Assembly: GCA_964016885.1 (NCBI GenBank)
Contig: OZ024754.1
Span: forward strand, 39,370,001-39,434,000
DNA length: 64,000 nt
Direction of reading: 5' to 3'
From: Eledone cirrhosa
Lineage: Eukaryota
In this document: one piece after another, positions 12,561-24,576 of the stretch
Layout of the letters: every line of letters starts with the position of its first letter
Position numbering within the stretch: position 1 is the first letter of the stretch
Made by a program: the position numbers and the translations under genes
Notes under the pieces: generated by a model
Databases searched by the model: none
Told to the model about the DNA's origin: nothing
What the model saw: the letters and a program-made list of their open reading frames with translations, nothing else

Positions 12561-12994
12561 GAAGTCACATCAGCAAATAATAAATATTACATCGTTCTCT
12601 CATCAATGATCAGACTTCTAAATACTTTAACCTTTTATTTACAGACAAATTACTTCTTCTAACTTATTTTCTACAGGATATTAACAGAATGAATGTTATA
12701 ATTAACAAGATATCGTGGAAAACTGAGAAGGAGAGACTATATTCTTCCCCGAATTTGAGAGAAATATTTCTGATATTGTTCAAGGTGTTCTAAAAGTTCT
12801 CTCTGACATCGTCACAGACTGGGGTGACCTAGACATCAACTGACTGCATCATATACGACTAATTATAATTATTTCCTCCTCCTCTTCTTCCTAGTCTGCT
12901 GGTGCATGACAGCTGTGAAGAAGAAGAAGAATTTGCAGAATATAAAAACAATCAAATCAATCACATTTTTTTCTCTTTTTCCTTTTTTTTTTAT

Positions 12995-13025
<31 letters not shown>

Positions 13026-13412
13026 GTTAGTTTTTTGTTGGGTGTATGTGTCTTAGATTTATCGTGTATGTGTGTGTTAGTTTTTATCGGGTGTATGTGT
13101 TAGTTTTACCATGTGTGTATATGTGTTAGTTTTTATCATGTGTGTGTGTGTGGACAAGCCATTAATTTTTATTTAAAAAGAAAGAAAGGGGTGCTGGAAT
13201 GACAGAATCGTTAGATCGTCAGATAGAATACTTTGCAATAATCGTTCTGACAGTTTGTGCACTGTGTTCAAATCCCACCAAAGTCAACGTTGCCTTTCGT
13301 CCTTCCAGGGTCACTAAATTACAATACCAGTTAAGTACTGAGGTTGATATAATTCTCTTAAATTGCTGGCCTTGTGCCAATGTTAGAAAGAATTGTTAAA
13401 AACAGTATTGGG

Positions 13413-13720
13413 TGGCTTTTGCAGCGGGTGTCCCTGGCCATCGTTCGGGGGAATGCTTTTGCAGTCTTGTCCGCGGGGCGCAACAATCCAGCACCCTTGC
13501 CCTAAGCACAAAGCCCAATCACCCTCCTCCATCACTTCTGCGATACCAGGCTCTTGCCATCCCCTCCCTTTCCCGTTCTTTTTCTTCTTTCTATCTCCCT
13601 TTTCTTTTTTCTATATTTCTCTATTCTTTCTTTCCTCGTGTCCGACTCCCTCCCCCCTTTTTTTTCTTACTTAATAAGGTTTGTCTTTTGCTTTTGAATA
13701 AATTCATTGTAAATGCAAAA
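13413..13720 (+). mobile_element. 3' fragment of a restriction-like-endonuclease (CRE-like) non-LTR retrotransposon
   Basis: 13413-13505 translates WLLQRVSLAIVRGNAFAVLSAGRNNPAPLP*, matching the QRxSxAxxRGNA C-terminal motif of CRE/SLACS-type elements; followed by a pyrimidine-rich 3' UTR and AATAAA. Confidence 0.65.
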
Positions 13721-14097
13721 GTACAGGAACTAGAACGACCATTGATTATAAAGTTGAAGAATAACTGTCAACATAAATATAACATTTTATTTTTGCTCTG
13801 GCAGCAGTTCGTTTGTCCACCCCTTTCGCCTGCCTCTTGTTGTGTGGTATTGCCTGCTTGTGTGTGTGTGTTTTTCTCTTTTTTTCCTTTCCCTGTTCTT
13901 ACTTTTTATTTGTAATATTATGATGACGGTTATGCTTTCAATACTTATTAGTAAAGTTCAAACCAGCAACTATATTTTTCTAGATTTTAAATTGTTGGGT
14001 TATTTTCATGAGAGGTTCTTAGCAACAACTGTATGACTGGTCAAGAGTAATTCTCGTAAAGGTATGATCGGAATATGTTAACGACTGTTGTGTGTGT

Positions 14098-14287
14098 AAT
14101 AATTGTTTCTACTTTTGGCACAAGGCCAGCAAATACCAGTGCATTACTGGTACTTTATTTTATCGACCCCGTAAGGATGAAAGGCAAAGTTAACCTCGGC
14201 GGGATTTGAACTCAGACCATAAAGGGACGTAACTATGCTGGAAAGCATGGCGTCCGACCCTCTACTGATACTGCCAATCCCCCGCCG
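14098..14287 (-). mobile_element. SINE family B copy (others at about 11315, 13190, 17425, 39095, 40925 and 60283)
   Basis: Same head, core and tail as 3831-4017. Confidence 0.85.
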
Positions 14288-14503
14288 AGGTCAACTTTAC
14301 CTTTCATCCTTTTGAGATCGATAAAAAAAGTACCAGTGAAGTACTGGAATCAATTCTTCCTCTATATCTCTTTCTCACTTCCTGACTCTCACTCTCTCAG
14401 CTTCTCTGGAAGAAATCGGCAACGGAGGAGAGGAGATGGGCTCTACCAGGTTTTAAATGCTCATAATACACTGCCGCCGCATATTACTACGGTGCCCATA
14501 CAA

Positions 14504-14545
<42 letters not shown>

Positions 14546-15195
14546 AATAAGTTATATGGTTTGTTGATTATTATTCAACAAAGTTATTTTTATAACAGAT
14601 TTGAAGCACTCTACAAAATTTATTTGGAGTATTATTAATATTAACAATATTAAGAAATGGAAAACATCATTTATAATACCATATTTATTTTATTATACGT
14701 GTTTCAAGGACACAAAGTTTTTGTGTGCTTTCATCAGATAAAATATAATATAATATTTAGTGTTAGTCTTAATAGTATAAGCTCGCTAATGAGCAGGATA
14801 CCCGGCATTGCCTAGACTAAAAGTATTGGTAGTCTAGAATTGTTCTGACTGAAGGCATATTCTGTTTAATAGAACAACACTGTTAGTTTTCTCATGGAAG
14901 ATTATTTCTCTACTTACTCTCATCTACCTTTCTATTTCTTCCAATGAAGGACTAATATCTGAAACGTTGAGTCTCTTTTCCTACTATATCAAGCATTTTC
15001 ACAAATATTTGTTTATATCCCACATAAACATTACTCCCCACATCATGACTAGTACGTACCAAACTTATAATACAATACGGGTTAGCATCAGGAAGGTTAT
15101 CTGGCCATAGAAAAACTACCTCAGAAATGTTCATCCGACCCATGTTTGTATAAAACATACCATATAAAATCAATGATGGAGTTATATTCACGTGT

Positions 15196-16975
15196 ATTTT
15201 GTCTTGCTGTGAGATATGGCCCCATGAGAGCTTTCTTTGGTCTTATGAGACATCACCCCACCGGAGTTTTTTGTGGTCTTGTTGTGAAACCTGACTCCAT
15301 AGGGTTTTTCTTTGGTCTTGCTGTGAGACAGGACTCCCATGGGGTCTTTCTTTGGTCTTGCTGTGAGACAGGACTCCCATGGGGTCCTTCTTTGGTCTTG
15401 CTGTGAGACAGGACTCCCATGGGGTCCTTCTTTGGTCTTGCTGTGAGACAGGACTCCCATGGGGTCTTTCTTTGGTCTTGCTGTGAGACAGGACTCCCAT
15501 GGGGTCCTTCTTTGGTCTTGCTGTGAGACAGGACTCCCATGGGGTCCTTCTTTGGTCTTGGTGTGAGACAGGACTCCCATGGGGTCTTTCTTTGGTCTTG
15601 CTGTGAGACAGGACTCCCATGGGGTCTTTCTTTGGTCTTGCTGTGAGACAGGACTCCCATGGGGTCTTTCTTTGGTCTTGCTGTGAGACAGGACTCCCAT
15701 GGGGTCTTTCTTTGGTCTTGCTGTGAGACAGGACTCCCATGGGGTCCTTCTTTGGTCTTGCTGTGAGACAGGACTCCCATGGGGTCCTTCTTTGGTCTTG
15801 CTGTGAGACAGGACTCCCATGGGGTCTTTCTTTGGTCTTGCTGTGAGACAGAACTCTCATGGGGTCCTTCTTTGGTCTTGCTGTGAGACAGGACTCCCAT
15901 GGGGTCTTTCTTTGGTCTTGCTGTGAGACAGGACTCCCATGGGGTCCTTCTTTGGTCTTGCTGTGAGACAGGACTCCCATGGGGTCTTTCTTTGGTTTTG
16001 CTGTGAGACAGGACTCCCATGGGGTCTTTCTTTGGTCTTGCTGTGAGACAGGACTCCCATGGGGTCTTTCTTTGGTCTTGCTGTGAGACAGGACTCTCAT
16101 GGGGTCCTTCTTTGGTCTTGCTGTGAGACAGGACTCCCATGGGGTCTTTCTTTGGTCTTGCTGTGAGACAGGACTCCATAGGGTCCTTCTTTGGTCTTGC
16201 TGTGAGACAGGACTCCCATGGGGTCTTTCTTTGGTCTTGCTGTGAGACAGGACTCTCATGGGGTCCTTCTTTGGTCTTGCTGTGAGACAGGACTCCCATG
16301 GGGTCTTTCTTTGGTCTTGCTGTGAGACAGGACTCTCATGGGGTCCTTCTTTGGTCTTGCTGTGAGACAGGACTCCCATGGGGTCTTTCTTTGGTCTTGC
16401 TGTGAGACAGGACTCTCATGGGGTCCTTCTTTGGTCTTGCTGTGAGACAGGACTCCCATGGGGTCTTTCTTTGGTTTTGCTGTGAGACAGGACTCCCATG
16501 GGGTCTTTCTTTGGTCTTGCTGTGAGACAGGACTCCCATGGGGTCTTTCTTTGGTCTTGCTGTGAGACAGGACTCCCATGGGGTCTTTCTTTGGTCTTGC
16601 TGTGAGACAGGACTCTCATGGGGTCCTTCTTTGGTCTTGCTGTGAGACAGGACTCCCATGGGGTCTTTCTTTGGTTTTGCTGTGAGACAGGACTCCCATG
16701 GGGTCTTTCTTTGGTCTTGCTGTGAGACAGGACTCCCATGGGGTCTTTCTTTGGTCTTGCTGTGAGACAGGACTCTCATGGGGTCCTTCTTTGGTCTTGC
16801 TGTGAGACAGGACTCCCATGGGGTCTTTCTTTGGTCTTGCTGTGAGACAGGACTCTCATGGGGTCCTTCTTTGGTCTTGCTGTGAGACAGGACTCCCATG
16901 GGGTCTTTCTTTGGTCTTGCTGTGAGACAGGACTCCCATGGGGTCCTTCTTTGGTCTTGCTGTGAGACATGACCC
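15196..16975. repeat. 40-bp minisatellite, about 42 copies (CTGTGAGACAGGACTCCCATGGGGTCYTTCTTTGGTCTTG)
   Basis: Direct tandem units with diverged edge copies; explains the ORF-track entries from 15146 to 17111. Confidence 0.97.
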
Positions 16976-17183
16976 TATGAGGGCTTTGAGAGCTTTCAAA
17001 GTAATTTGGGTTGAAGATCAAACTGAACAGCTTCATTGTTAATGAACAATTCATCAGCATTTTCTTACCTCCTCTTCCCAATATGCTGAGATATTCAGTG
17101 TTAATGAACAAATCATCATCTACTTACCTCCCCTTTTCAAAATGCCAAGATATGCGCTACATATTAAGATGTAAACAACTACA

Positions 17184-17430
17184 TACCTAGACACAACTAA
17201 TTTACATAATGGTTCCCAACTTAGCATGCCTAGACACAACTAATTTACATAATGACTCCCAACTTAGCATACCTAGACACAACTAATTTACATAATGATT
17301 CCCAACTTAGCATGCCTAGACAACTAATTTACATAATGGTTCCCAATTCAGCATACTTAGACCCAACTAATTTGTATAATGGTTCCTAACTTAGCATACC
17401 TAGACCCACCTAATTTACATAGTGGTTCCC
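17184..17430. repeat. Minisatellite of about 43-44 bp, about 6 copies, abutting a SINE B tail
   Basis: Repeated unit CCTAGACACAACTAATTTACATAATGGTTCCCAACTTAGCAT. Confidence 0.88.
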
Positions 17431-18375
17431 AATTTAGGCACAAGACCAATAATTTAACATGGTGGGGATGAGAAAGCTGATTAAATTAACCCAAGCACGT
17501 AACTGCTACTTTACTTTATCAATTCCAGAAGGATAAAAGGCAAAGTTGACCTCAGAAGGATTTGAACTTGGAACATTAAGGGCCAAAATAAATACTACAA
17601 AGCATTTTGTCTGACGCTCTACCGATTCTGCCCATCATAATGCCAGAAGATTGGTTGTCAAACAGACAATAATTACTAGAGTATCAATACAGTACAGCAT
17701 ATTCAATGTTACAGTTGTAATTTGTAGTGTTATAAAGGTTTACAATAACTACACTGTATCCCTGTGTGTTGTAAGAAGGGAGAGAAAGGGTTGGTGTCAA
17801 GAAGAGCATCTGACTGTAAAAACATTGCCTCGAAAAGTACCATACAACCCATGCCAGTATGGAAAAGTCAACATAAAAATGACGGTGGTGGTGGTGGTGA
17901 TAGTGATGTAAATGTAGAAAGTGAACAAAGAGATAAACAACAACAGTGAGGAATGGTGTCAGACAAAGGGCTATAAATAGAAAAGACATTGTAACTATAT
18001 AGAGTCATGAAATGAAAACAGAAGCTCACTCAACCGTGTAAAATCATTGTCTTTATCAATCATTATACATGTTTCTATGACAACACTTGTCTTTCAAACA
18101 ACTAATTGCCAGGTTATTTCAATTAAAGACCTGTAACAAAAATACATTTAGACACAAACATCACCACCAAGTTGACTGTGTGTATACAGTTTAGAATAGG
18201 TACGCCATATCCTGATGTGCCATAAAAGGTGACTAAAAGAGTTAATATCAGGAAGGGCAAAGGTTCATAAACCATTGATTCAAAAGGTACCCTGGCTAAC
18301 TTTACTAACAGGTGCTTTCTACCCCAACCCACTGCCAAATTACGTTTTTTGTTTCTTTCTTTTATTATGCTCATG

Positions 18376-18561
18376 TGGATTGGCAGTATCGGTAAAGGGT
18401 CGGATGCCATGCTTTGATGCATAGAGTTACGGCCCTTGCCATTCTGAGTTCAAATCCCGCCGAGGTTAACTTTGCCTTTCATCCTTATGGGGTCGATAAA
18501 ATAAAGTACCAGTAATACACTGGGTAATTGCTGGCCTTGTGCCAAAAGTAGAAACAATTAT
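18376..18561 (+). mobile_element. SINE family B copy
   Basis: TGGCAGTATCGG...GAGTTCAAATCC...GCCTTTCATCCTTATGGGGTCGATAAA...GTAGAAACAATTATT. Confidence 0.88.
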
Positions 18562-18740
18562 TCTCATCTATCTTTCTATTTCTACTTTCATCTCTCATTC
18601 TATCTTCTGATGAAGGACTAAAGTCTGAAACTCTGAGACTATATATCCTACTGTATCAAGCGTTAAACTAATATATATATATCTTCATTGTACTGTACCA
18701 TTTCCCTGTGTTGTTTGTTGTTTATTCATAAGCTTATCGC

Positions 18741-18775
<35 letters not shown>

Positions 18776-18856
18776 TTACTCTCCTGATTTGTGGTCTCCT
18801 CAGTCTCAGCACTACAGACTTTTTATTTTTATATATATATATATATACATATACAT

Positions 18857-19158
18857 GGAGGCACATGGCTTAGTGGTTAGAGCATTGGCCTTCCAATCTG
18901 AGTTCAATTCTCAGACCGGGTGATGTGTTGTTTCCTTGAGCAAGACACTTTATTTCACATTGCTCCAATTTACTCTGTAGAAATGATAGGGAATGCATTC
19001 GACTGCAAAGTGGTCGTGAAGGCGCCACGGCAAAAAAGCACCCAGCACTCACTGTAAATGAGGTTGGTGTTAGGAAGGGCATCCAGCTGTAGAAATCAAG
19101 CCAGAATCAGTTCCTTGCAAGCAGGGAAAAGCAGACGTAAAATGATGATGATGATGAT
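18857..19158 (+). mobile_element. SINE family A, near full length (tRNA head, CORE-like middle, (GAT)n tail)
   Basis: A box TGGCTTAGTGG, B box GAGTTCAATTC, CCTTGAGCAAGACACTT core, GAT tail. Confidence 0.9.
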
Positions 19159-19177
19159 ACTCATATATAGATCATCA

Positions 19178-19380
19178 TACCAGGGCCTTACTCTCATTTG
19201 ACACAGTGACTGCAGGCTGGAAGAGGCCCGTGGCAGGCCCCACACCAGATGGCTGGGTATCAACTTGGAAGATCTCCGGAGGCTCAACATCACCTTGGGA
19301 GATGCAGAGGGGATAACATGGGATTACTACCGATGGAGGATGCTGGTGGACCTGGTCGGCTCTATGCATGACAATGCTTT
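19178..19380 (+). mobile_element. Degenerate RTE-type LINE 3' fragment
   Basis: Frameshifted GWKRP-GRPHTRW...DLRRLNITLGDA...RWRMLVDLVGS. Confidence 0.55.
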
Positions 19381-20193
19381 GGAATTGCTGGCTTAGGATG
19401 ACGCAAAAAGAGAAGTGGATATCAGCATCATCATCGTTTAACGTCTATCTTCCACGCTAGCATGGGTTAGATGGGAATTGTCCCACTTGGGGCAACATTG
19501 GTTGTCTCGCTCATATAGGACTGTCTGGCAGGTTTTCTACAACTGGATGCCTTTCCCAACACCAACTATATAGATATATAGATATATATGTTTGATCCTT
19601 CATTTCATTGTATATATGTATATATACAACAGGCTTCTGCAGTTTCTGTCTACCAAATTTCCCTTATAAGACTTTAGTCAAAGGTGTCACACAGCAGGAG
19701 AGCACACAAAACCAGGTGGTTACAGAGTGAACTCTTTAACCACACAACAATGCCATGGCAATAAATGTTAAAGTTTAGCTCGAGTTCTCCATAACATCTT
19801 TATTTCCTCCTACATTTCCTGTTACATGGAATACATAACTATTGCTTTAATTAAATAACTTGGCACCATTTCAATAGCAATCTGGTAAAAGAAACAGATA
19901 AACACTTCCACACAGTAGGGATTCGAAACCTTTACAAACTATACAGCCTGATAGATGAAGTAATATTTCCTGTAGCACATAAATGGCTGTGTGGTTAAGA
20001 GGTTTTCTTTGTAACCATGTGGTTCTGGTTTCAAACACACCATACATCACTCGGAGCAGATAATTTCTACAATAGCTACACACACACATAGTTAGTATAT
20101 TACAAAGCTATACCCTATGTGTTGTAACTGTATAACTCAGCATCACTAAATCTTGCGAATAGAACTTTGTATATGGAAATTGTGCAAAAGCCC

Positions 20194-20465
20194 ATCATCA
20201 TCATCATTAACGTTTTATGTCCGTTCTTCCACGCTAGCATGGGTTAGCCGGGTTGTCCTGTTGTGGGCAGTGTCCGGTTGGCTGACCTTGTCTTGCTCAT
20301 ACGGGAACTGATTCTGGCTTGATTTCTACAGCTGGATGCCCTTCCTAACACCAACCTCATTTACAGTGAGTGCTGGGTGCCTTTTTTCCGTGGCGCCTAC
20401 ACGTCCACTTTACAGTGTGGGCTGGATGCTTTTTTGCTGTGGCACCCCCACGACCACTTTGCAGT
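20194..20465 (-). mobile_element. SINE family A 3' part with two 48-bp modules
   Basis: Reverse complement of about 1365-1630. Confidence 0.85.
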
Positions 20466-20503
20466 AGGGCGGGAGGGGGGGGGGGGGGCATATTGTCTAC
20501 ATG

Positions 20504-20555
<52 letters not shown>

Positions 20556-21279
20556 TCTTATATCTGTCTCAAGCCCGAAGGTTTAATGGGCAAGTGCTTA
20601 TCCTAGAGCAGCCTACTGGTCTCTGTATAAAAACTGACAAATGTTGGGTTGGTAAATTGAACTAATATCTTGGGTGTATTATAGAGAAGGATGGGCTCTT
20701 GTCAAGCTGTTTTGGCCTTGAGAGATTAGGAAGCAGGCAGAATGAGTTATATAGCTACAATCAATGTTGTTCTAGAATATTCTTCATTTATGTTATGTTT
20801 GAATAAACATATGACTAACATTAATTTGTTTAAAGTTATGCTATCACTGTTGTCAAGCAATATGGAAACGATGTTATTTTAAGCATTATATAAACCCTCA
20901 TTTCTAACCTTATGTCTCAAATCTCGTTATTCAATTACTTCCATTTAAGTAAGATTAATAATTATATAAATTATACACAATTCTAAAGTTTACAGTTTTA
21001 TATCTACTTTACTATGAAAGTGTGTGATATGGTTGTTAGGGTGGGCACTAACCACTTAAATCAGCTAAACAACAAAATAATTAATCATGTTAGCAATTCG
21101 TTCTAAATTCTTCATTAATGGGTTAAAATACCCTGTATTTCATTAGAAATTTGTTGATGAAAAGGTTAAAGTGAAAACATATTTTTTAAGATAAAAATAT
21201 GACTCCCTCGCTTTCCTTCGAGGGTAAAGCTTTCTACATCCTGTACACTGGGATCATGAGACAGCTAGAGTTAGGTACC

Positions 21280-21430
21280 ATTGGGTGTCTCTCGTTCTCT
21301 TCCAACCCTCATTGCTGAGGGTTGGGGACCGTTGGGTGTCTCTCGTTCTCTTCCAACCCTCATTGCTGAGGGTCGGGGACCGTTGGGTCTCTCTCGTTCT
21401 CTTCCCACCCTCATTGCTGAGGGTCGGGGA
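21280..21430. repeat. Tandem repeat of about 51 bp, 3 copies
   Basis: Repeated unit TTGGGTGTCTCTCGTTCTCTTCCAACCCTCATTGCTGAGGGTCGGGGACCG. Confidence 0.9.
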
Positions 21431-21830
21431 CTATGGACAACAGCACCAATGTTAATCTGTATGTTGCTGTATGTTAATAATTCCCACCAAGAAAAAAATG
21501 ACATTGGTGGGTCCCTAATTCCTGTCCGACCATTATTCACAAGTTTCATCCCATCACACATGGCCTATGACTTCATTATTGTGATGAAAGTATTTTGGGC
21601 TTTTTTTTTTGTTTGTATCGAGGGGTTGGGGGGGGGGGGGGCTTCAACAGTCTGACAACAACAATAACAACAACAAAAATAGTCTGACAACAACAACAAC
21701 AAAAATATATTAAACTTGTGTTTCCATATTGAAAAAGAAACATTAACATTAAATAACAAAGCAAGAAATAAAATGAAATAAAGAGGAGAAATGAAAAATC
21801 TCTGAAAAAAAATCAATCAATGTTGTACAC

Positions 21831-22360
21831 CAGGCATGTCAGACATGTGGCCCACGAGCCAGATGTGACCCTTTGCTAACACACCTGTGGCCCACACAAA
21901 GGTTTTTACAGCACAAGCGTAATATAAAATAAGAAATATTAGTTGTAATGTGCACAATTAGTTGTCATATGTGGCCCTCAGACAACACATATGTGACCCA
22001 TGTGGCCCTCAGACAACACTTATGTGACCCATGTGGCCCTCAGACAACACATATGTGACCCATGTAGCCCTCAGACAACACATATGTGACCCATCTAGCC
22101 CTCAGACAACACTTATGTGACCCATGTGGCCTTCAGACAACACATATGTGACCCATGTGGCCCTCGGACAACACTTATGTGACCCTCAGACAACACTTAT
22201 GTGACCCATGTGGCCTTCAGACAACACATATGTGACCCATGTGGTCCTCAGACAACACTTATGTGACCCATGTGGCCTTCAGACAACACTTATGCGACCC
22301 ATGTGTGGCCCTCAGACAACACATATGGCCCTCGGGGGGATCCTTAGTTTGACATGCCTC
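21831..22360. mobile_element. Non-autonomous hAT (Charlie-like) element with an internal minisatellite of about 31 bp
   Basis: TIRs CAGGCATGTCAGAC / GTTTGACATGCCTC; perfect 8-bp TSD TTGTACAC (21823-21830 and 22361-22368); tandem ATGTGACCCATGTGGCCCTCAGACAACAC units at about 21967-22330. Confidence 0.85.
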
Positions 22361-23377
22361 TTGTACACTATATGTGAAGGTGTGTGGCTTAATGGTTAGA
22401 GAGATGGATTCACAATCATGAGGTTGTGAGTTCAATTCCCAGACTGGGTGGTGTATTGTATCCTTGACCAAGACACTTTATTACATGTTGCTGGAGTTCA
22501 CTCAGCTGTAAAAATGAGCTATAATGTCACTGGTGCCAAGTTGTATCGGCCTTTTCCATTCCTTTGGACAACATCGGTGGCATGAAGAAAGGAGACTGTT
22601 GGTCTTCCACAAAAACATCTTGTCTGAGCTTCTGCTACAGAAGGAAACTTTCTAGGGGTAAAACCTATGATCATCTTCCTGACTGAAGGTGATCTTTACC
22701 TGTACACTATTAGGCAAAAATTAGTTGCTACATAAGCCAGTCTACCATGTAGCCAAACCACTCTCAACAAATTACTTAACCCTTTCATTACCAAAATTCT
22801 AATGAAAGAAATTATCTATGATTTTCAAATAATTTCGAAAATAATCAACAATATGAAGAGACTTATTAATATAACTAACTTTCTCTGTATTTATCTGAAA
22901 TTTGGAACATAACTGAACAAAGGTTCTGACATGAAACTATGATGGAATGTTTTTAGATAAATATAATATATAAATATAATATATGGTGATAGCAAGTAGA
23001 GCTCTTTTCTTTTGAAAAAGGTGTCTTAACCCTGAAATACCATAAAATATAAGGTAAATGTGTAAACTGTTTTGTTTATCATAATTTCCTCTAATTTTTT
23101 CCCCCTCCTATATTTCTAACTAATATTGTAACAATTTTCCTAAAACAAACTTAATCTAACAATCTTGTAGAAATGTAGAATTATTCTGAATCTTATTGAA
23201 ATCTAGTTGAATAAAAAAAAATAAATTTGAATTTAAATTTTTTTTAAATTAATTTTAAAAGAAATTAGAAATTACTTAATAAATTATAATAAAAATTCAA
23301 AACAATATTTGTATGTTTTCTAAAATAAATCTCCATGTGTATTTTATTTGCATTTTTCTGTTTTAATGTGAAATAAT

Positions 23378-23803
23378 AATAATTGTTTATACACTTGGCA
23401 CAAGGCCAGCAATTTTTGGGGGGCAGGAGAAAATCGATTAAATCAACCTCAGTATATTACTGGTGCTTTATTTTATCAACCCCTAAAGGATGTTAGGCTA
23501 ACCTAACCTTGGCAGGATTTGAACTTAGACCGTAAAGGACCGTAACTCTAAGCTGCAAAGCATGGCGTCCGACCCTCTACCGATACTGCCAATCCAATCC
23601 AACACCCTAATAATTGTTTCTAGTTTTGGCACAAGGCCAGCAATTACCCAGTGTATTACTGGTACTTTATTTTATCAACCCCCATAAGGATGAGAGGCAA
23701 AGTTAACCTCGGCGGGATTTGAACTCAGAATGGCAAGGGCCGTAACTCTATGCTGCAAAGCATGGCGTCCGACCCTCTACCGTTACTGCCAATCCACTGC
23801 CCT
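23378..23803 (-). mobile_element. Two tandem SINE family B copies
   Basis: About 23378-23597 and 23608-23803, same orientation. Confidence 0.88.
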
Positions 23804-24576
23804 AATAATAATAATAATGCCCCAGCATGGGCTCAGCCGGATGGCTGGAACAGGTAAGAGAGTAAAAGAATGATGATGATGATAATTAATAATAAAGAAG
23901 AAAAGATAAAAGGAAAATAAAATGTGAGAAAAGATGTTTTAAAAGACTCTGATTCCACAACAACAGTTTACGTGTTTCAAATTTATTTTCAAAATGTGAA
24001 CATTAGAAATACTAGATACAAATTGTTTGAGCAGTTTCAAGAATTTCTGCACATTAACTATCATTTATATTGTGATGGGAGAAGAAGAAAATAAAATTAA
24101 ATGAAATTAAAATTATAATAAAAAACTTAAACATGATAATAATAATAATAATAATAATTATAATTATAATGAAAAGATTTATTTCAAGAATTACAGAACA
24201 AAGAAGAGGGAAGAGAGAATCAACAAAAAACAAACAAACGAACAAAAAAGAACAAACAAATAAACAAATATTCTCTTTGAAGAATTTCGAAAGAATATAT
24301 GTGTAAAAACTTCCCACATACAACATTAAATCATTGATGAAGCTACATACATACTTACACATACATACATGAAGTGATGTAACTGAGTTGTAATATTATA
24401 CAGTGTGGACGGTCACGCCAACTCTGAGTGAGGAGAGGGGGGGGGGGGCACAGAAGAAATTGTGGTGGTGGTGGGGGAGGAGGTAGAAGAAGAAGAAGAA
24501 GAAGAAGAAGAAGAAATAATTGCATGAGTCTCATTAATATGCCATGTATATTAGAAGAACATCATGCTGTATAGGA

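Noticed and set aside
15196-16975. CRISPR-like array or 350-380 aa repetitive proteins
   Set aside because: Units are contiguous with no unique spacers, there are no cas genes and the context is eukaryotic. The ORFs arise in all three minus frames from a stop-free 40-bp unit.
18857-18925. tRNA genes suggested by A and B boxes
   Set aside because: These are SINE heads with no complete cloverleaf, and they continue into SINE bodies.
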